Shown: positions 59,087 to 64,000 of the stretch, in pieces | How positions within the stretch are numbered: position 1 is the stretch's first letter | How the letters are laid out: every line of letters begins with the position of its first letter | Assembly (NCBI GenBank): GCA_964016885.1 | Contig: OZ024743.1 | Span: 358,422,001 to 358,486,000, forward strand | Direction: 5' to 3' | Length of the DNA: 64,000 bases | Source: Eledone cirrhosa | Lineage: Eukaryota | Made by a program: the position numbers and the translations under genes | The notes under the pieces: generated by a model | What the model was told of the DNA's origin: nothing | Database searches by the model: none | The model's input: the letters and a program-made list of their open reading frames with translations, nothing else

Positions 59087-61090
59087 GAAATATCCACGGT
59101 TAATTGTCGGGTCTAGTCTGCATGAAGAACTCAATGTAATCCATATGTTGAAAATGTTATAGGTTAAATAAATCCCGGAAAACAATAAAACATCAAAAGA
59201 AAAATAGTCATGATATAAGTTAAAACAATGAAATAAAAATTCAAGTCATTAGAAATATACATCACTGCTTTACGATCGTTTCTAAGTGATAATAATACAT
59301 CGTACGTATATTTCGTTATCGATCTATGTAGGGTTAGTTACAAAATATCAGATGAGGAATATATTTACTTACATTCAAAATCAATAGTAAATTGAGTTCT
59401 ATGACCTTATTTGGAGGTAGCTGAAGAACAAACCAATCAAATTGTTTTGTTCCCATATGATGTTAAGATGAAAAATAACTCACTTTAGTTAAGGTCATGA
59501 CCCTTTGAAAGGAATGGTTGAATGGTGTTAAAAATAGAAATACTATAAAGACCCTATGAAGAAAAAGGGATTGCTATATTGATATTTGAATGTAGATGGT
59601 GGAGTTAAGTTTAAAAAGGAATGTAAAACTTAAATGTTGAGTTGTGTTGTATGGAATATAAATAAGTAAATATAAAATATAGAGATAACCAGGATAAATA
59701 TAGATAGGTAAAGTAATGGTCATAACTCGGAAGGATAGTATATTAAAAGATGAAAATTATAATAAGATAATAAAATATAATAATATAATAATATAATATA
59801 ATTGTTTCTACTTTTGGCACAAGACCAGCAAATTACCCAGTGCATAACTGGTACTTTATTTTATCGACCCCGTAAGGATGAAAGGCAAAGTTAACCTGGC
59901 GGGATTTGAACTCAGATCATACAGGGAGGTAACTCTATGCTTCAAAGCATGGCGTCCGACCCTCTACCGATACTGCCAATCCACGGTATGGTACATTGTA
60001 TATAGTATAATATAGCGTATGACGCATCATAAAATATAAAATAGTAAATATTTTCAAGTGGGTCTATGTATAAGTAATCAATCCCAGATAAATGCATGTT
60101 GACGTATAGTTAAAACGCATAATTTTCATAGATCACAAAAGTACATATATTCACATATATAGATAGAGGTATAATTATATTGATACTCCATTAAAACATA
60201 CATACGCATACATAGATATAAACATATACATACACATACATACGCCCACACAAACATATATATATATATACACTTATACATATATGTATGTACACACACA
60301 TACATGTACATACACATATACACACACATATATATATATACACACATACATATATATTCTCATATCATACATACATAGATACATGTATACCCATGCAATT
60401 ACAGGTTGTTATGTACCTTGTTGCCCTTAGTCAGTAACGCATGAATCTATGGAAGCTAAAAAATTAAAAAATAAGCAGGAAGGCGTATAATTAGGGGAAG
60501 GGGATACTAACAAATGGTACGTTACATAGAATTATAGTGAGTTGCTCTTTAGAATATTTAATTAGATTTATAGTACTTAAATGTTTTTCGTATACGGTGA
60601 TTACAAGCTATAATTAATTCCTGTCTTTTATTCAATAAATCGTCCTTAGATTTAGTAATTTCCAAGATCTCCCCGGAACATAATCTGCATTCTCTCCTGT
60701 TCCCGAGATATGGAGTTCTTTGCATAATGGTATACCACGATAGCTTGAAATTTATGTTTTCCTTTTTATAGTTATTTACTGCTTCAGCACATTTTTATAG
60801 TTATTTACTGCTTCACCACATCTTTAGCTGAAGCAGTAAATAACTATAAAAAAAAAAAAATTAATTTCAAGCTATCGTGGGATACCATTATGCAAAGAAC
60901 TAACCCTATATAGATCGATAACGAAATATGCGTACGATGTATTATTATCACCTAGAAACGATCGTCAAGCAGTGAAGTATATTTCTAAAGATTTGAATTT
61001 TTATTTCATTATTTTAACTTATATATATATATATATATATATATACAAGGATATTAAATAAATGGAAACTATATTTATAAAACCATATTT

Positions 61091-61149
61091 ATTCTATTAT
61101 ATATATTTCAAGGGTACCAAAACTTTGGTACGCTATCATCAGATAAAAT
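61091..61149 (-). ncRNA. Minimal type I hammerhead motif, family A
   Basis: attttat-CTGATGA-tagcgtaccaaagttttggtaccctt-GAAA-tatata-TA-atagaat; 7-bp stem I with one wobble. Confidence 0.7.
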
Positions 61150-61243
61150 ACAAAGTTTGATAGTATCCAGGACTATCCAGGAAAAAGTTGAACCGTTAAG
61201 TTCTTCTTCCTGGTTATGTCAATATTTATAAAACAAACTTTGT

Positions 61244-61302
61244 ATTTTATCTGATGATAGCGTACCAAAGTTTTGGTACCCTTGAAATATATATAATAGA
61301 AT
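61244..61302 (+). ncRNA. Minimal type I hammerhead motif, family A (inverted partner)
   Basis: Exact inverted copy of 61091-61149. Confidence 0.7.
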
Positions 61303-61434
61303 AAATATGGTTTTATAAATATAGTTTCCATTTAATATCATTGAATATTATACTCCAGAAATCTGTCGAGTGCTTTGAATCAGTTATAAACATTTATATT
61401 TGTTGAATTACCAACAAATTAAATATCCCATTTG

Positions 61435-62942
<1,508 letters not shown>

Positions 62943-63479
62943 TATATATATATATATGTATATTTATATAAAGAAGAAATTAAAAGGTGGTTTAAAAAGT
63001 TCCACATATTTTATGATACGCATTTCGAAAACAACATCATCCTGGGACAAATATTGTGTTCTCATCAGATAAAATAAGGTAACATGATATGAGGCCTAAA
63101 AACACTTGTGAACAAGAAAGTGTCCAGTCTACATATGACAAAAATATAAGAGAAGAGAAAAAATAGGAAAAATGAAGAAAAGGAAAAAGAAAAAGAAATA
63201 GAAGAGAGGAAAAAGAAAGAAAGACGGAGGAGAGAGAAAGAGAAAAAGAGCGGGAACGCTGTCAAAAATGAAAAACAGCTGTGAATAACGGCTAAAAAAA
63301 TAAATAAATAAATTGATGAGGTGTATGTGTAATATTACAAATATTAGAGGTCTAGAATATAGAAACTGGGTATATTATTTTATATTGAGTTTGAATACTA
63401 AAAATTGGATTAAGAAGTGTAAAAATGTATTAATAAAATAAAATAAAATAAAATAAAATAAGATAGAATAGAATAAAAA

Positions 63480-63970
63480 ATAAGAATAGTCTATCAATGT
63501 CAAAATTAAAAATTACTATTAAAAATTTATATATGTGGGGTATAGTATTTAATTATTATTTTATATCAACAAGTAAATAAAGGAAATTGCTAGAAAGGTT
63601 TATAAACGTAGAAAGACATATGACGTCATAGTTTGTTTACGAAAATTAAAGCAATAGAGGAAAAGAGGTGAAAGGCTTAAAAATGCAGAGAAAAGAGAAT
63701 TAATACATTGTAGAATATAATGTGTGAAAAGATATATGTGTAGAAAATATATATGTGTACAAAAATTAACCGTTATTCGTGGAATATGTTATAGGATATT
63801 AGCTGTAAACTTTGTGAAAGGTCTTAAAAGATTTATGATTACAGAGAGCAAATAAGTCCATACGTCTATTTATTAAAGAATTGAAATTCGAGATAATGGT
63901 AAATTTTTCATCTAGACATAAATTACAAACCCTATATATAGAAGCATTGGAGTAAGGAAAAGCGTTGCAA
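63480..63970 (+). pseudogene. Possible highly decayed Penelope-like GIY-YIG endonuclease remnant
   Basis: Fragments SLFTKIK, IHCRI*C/CEKIYV and LKFEIM...LYIEALE occur in the order expected for a PLE C-terminus; many stops. Confidence 0.3.
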
Positions 63971-64000
63971 ATTTTATGCCAAGAAATTTCGTAATTAATG

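Overview
AT-rich, repeat-dense metazoan genomic DNA. The SINE, LINE and microsatellite content suggests a cephalopod (octopod), which is an inference. One host gene spans the window on the minus strand: a 9-exon, ~425-aa mitochondrial acyl-CoA dehydrogenase (LCAD/AtuD/'acdh-6'-like), CDS 52075->10203. All junctions are GT-AG and in frame, and the last intron is ~21 kb. The rest is mobile DNA: several RTE LINE families (one 5'-truncated copy with an open RT ORF carrying a PHD-like Cys/His insertion), relics of CRE-like, Hero-like, CR1 and Jockey-group LINEs, two tRNA-derived SINE families, a DD37D/maT-type transposase, MITEs, Helentron/DINE-like pieces, an LTR with a tRNA-Trp PBS, and ~7 kb of interrupted (TA)n arrays. 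The most notable hidden signal is a set of at least 5-6 unrelated sequence families of minimal type I hammerhead-ribozyme motifs, of the kind known from Penelope-like elements and retrozymes. They occur as inverted pairs, one has a U3-A8 compensatory core, and one incomplete core sits in a 525-bp tandem repeat. Most lie next to (TA)n tracts. A ~1.64-kb direct repeat also brackets the whole gene. Long IY/YI-rich ORFs in the track are microsatellite artefacts. Coordinates were read by eye; TE boundaries are approximate.
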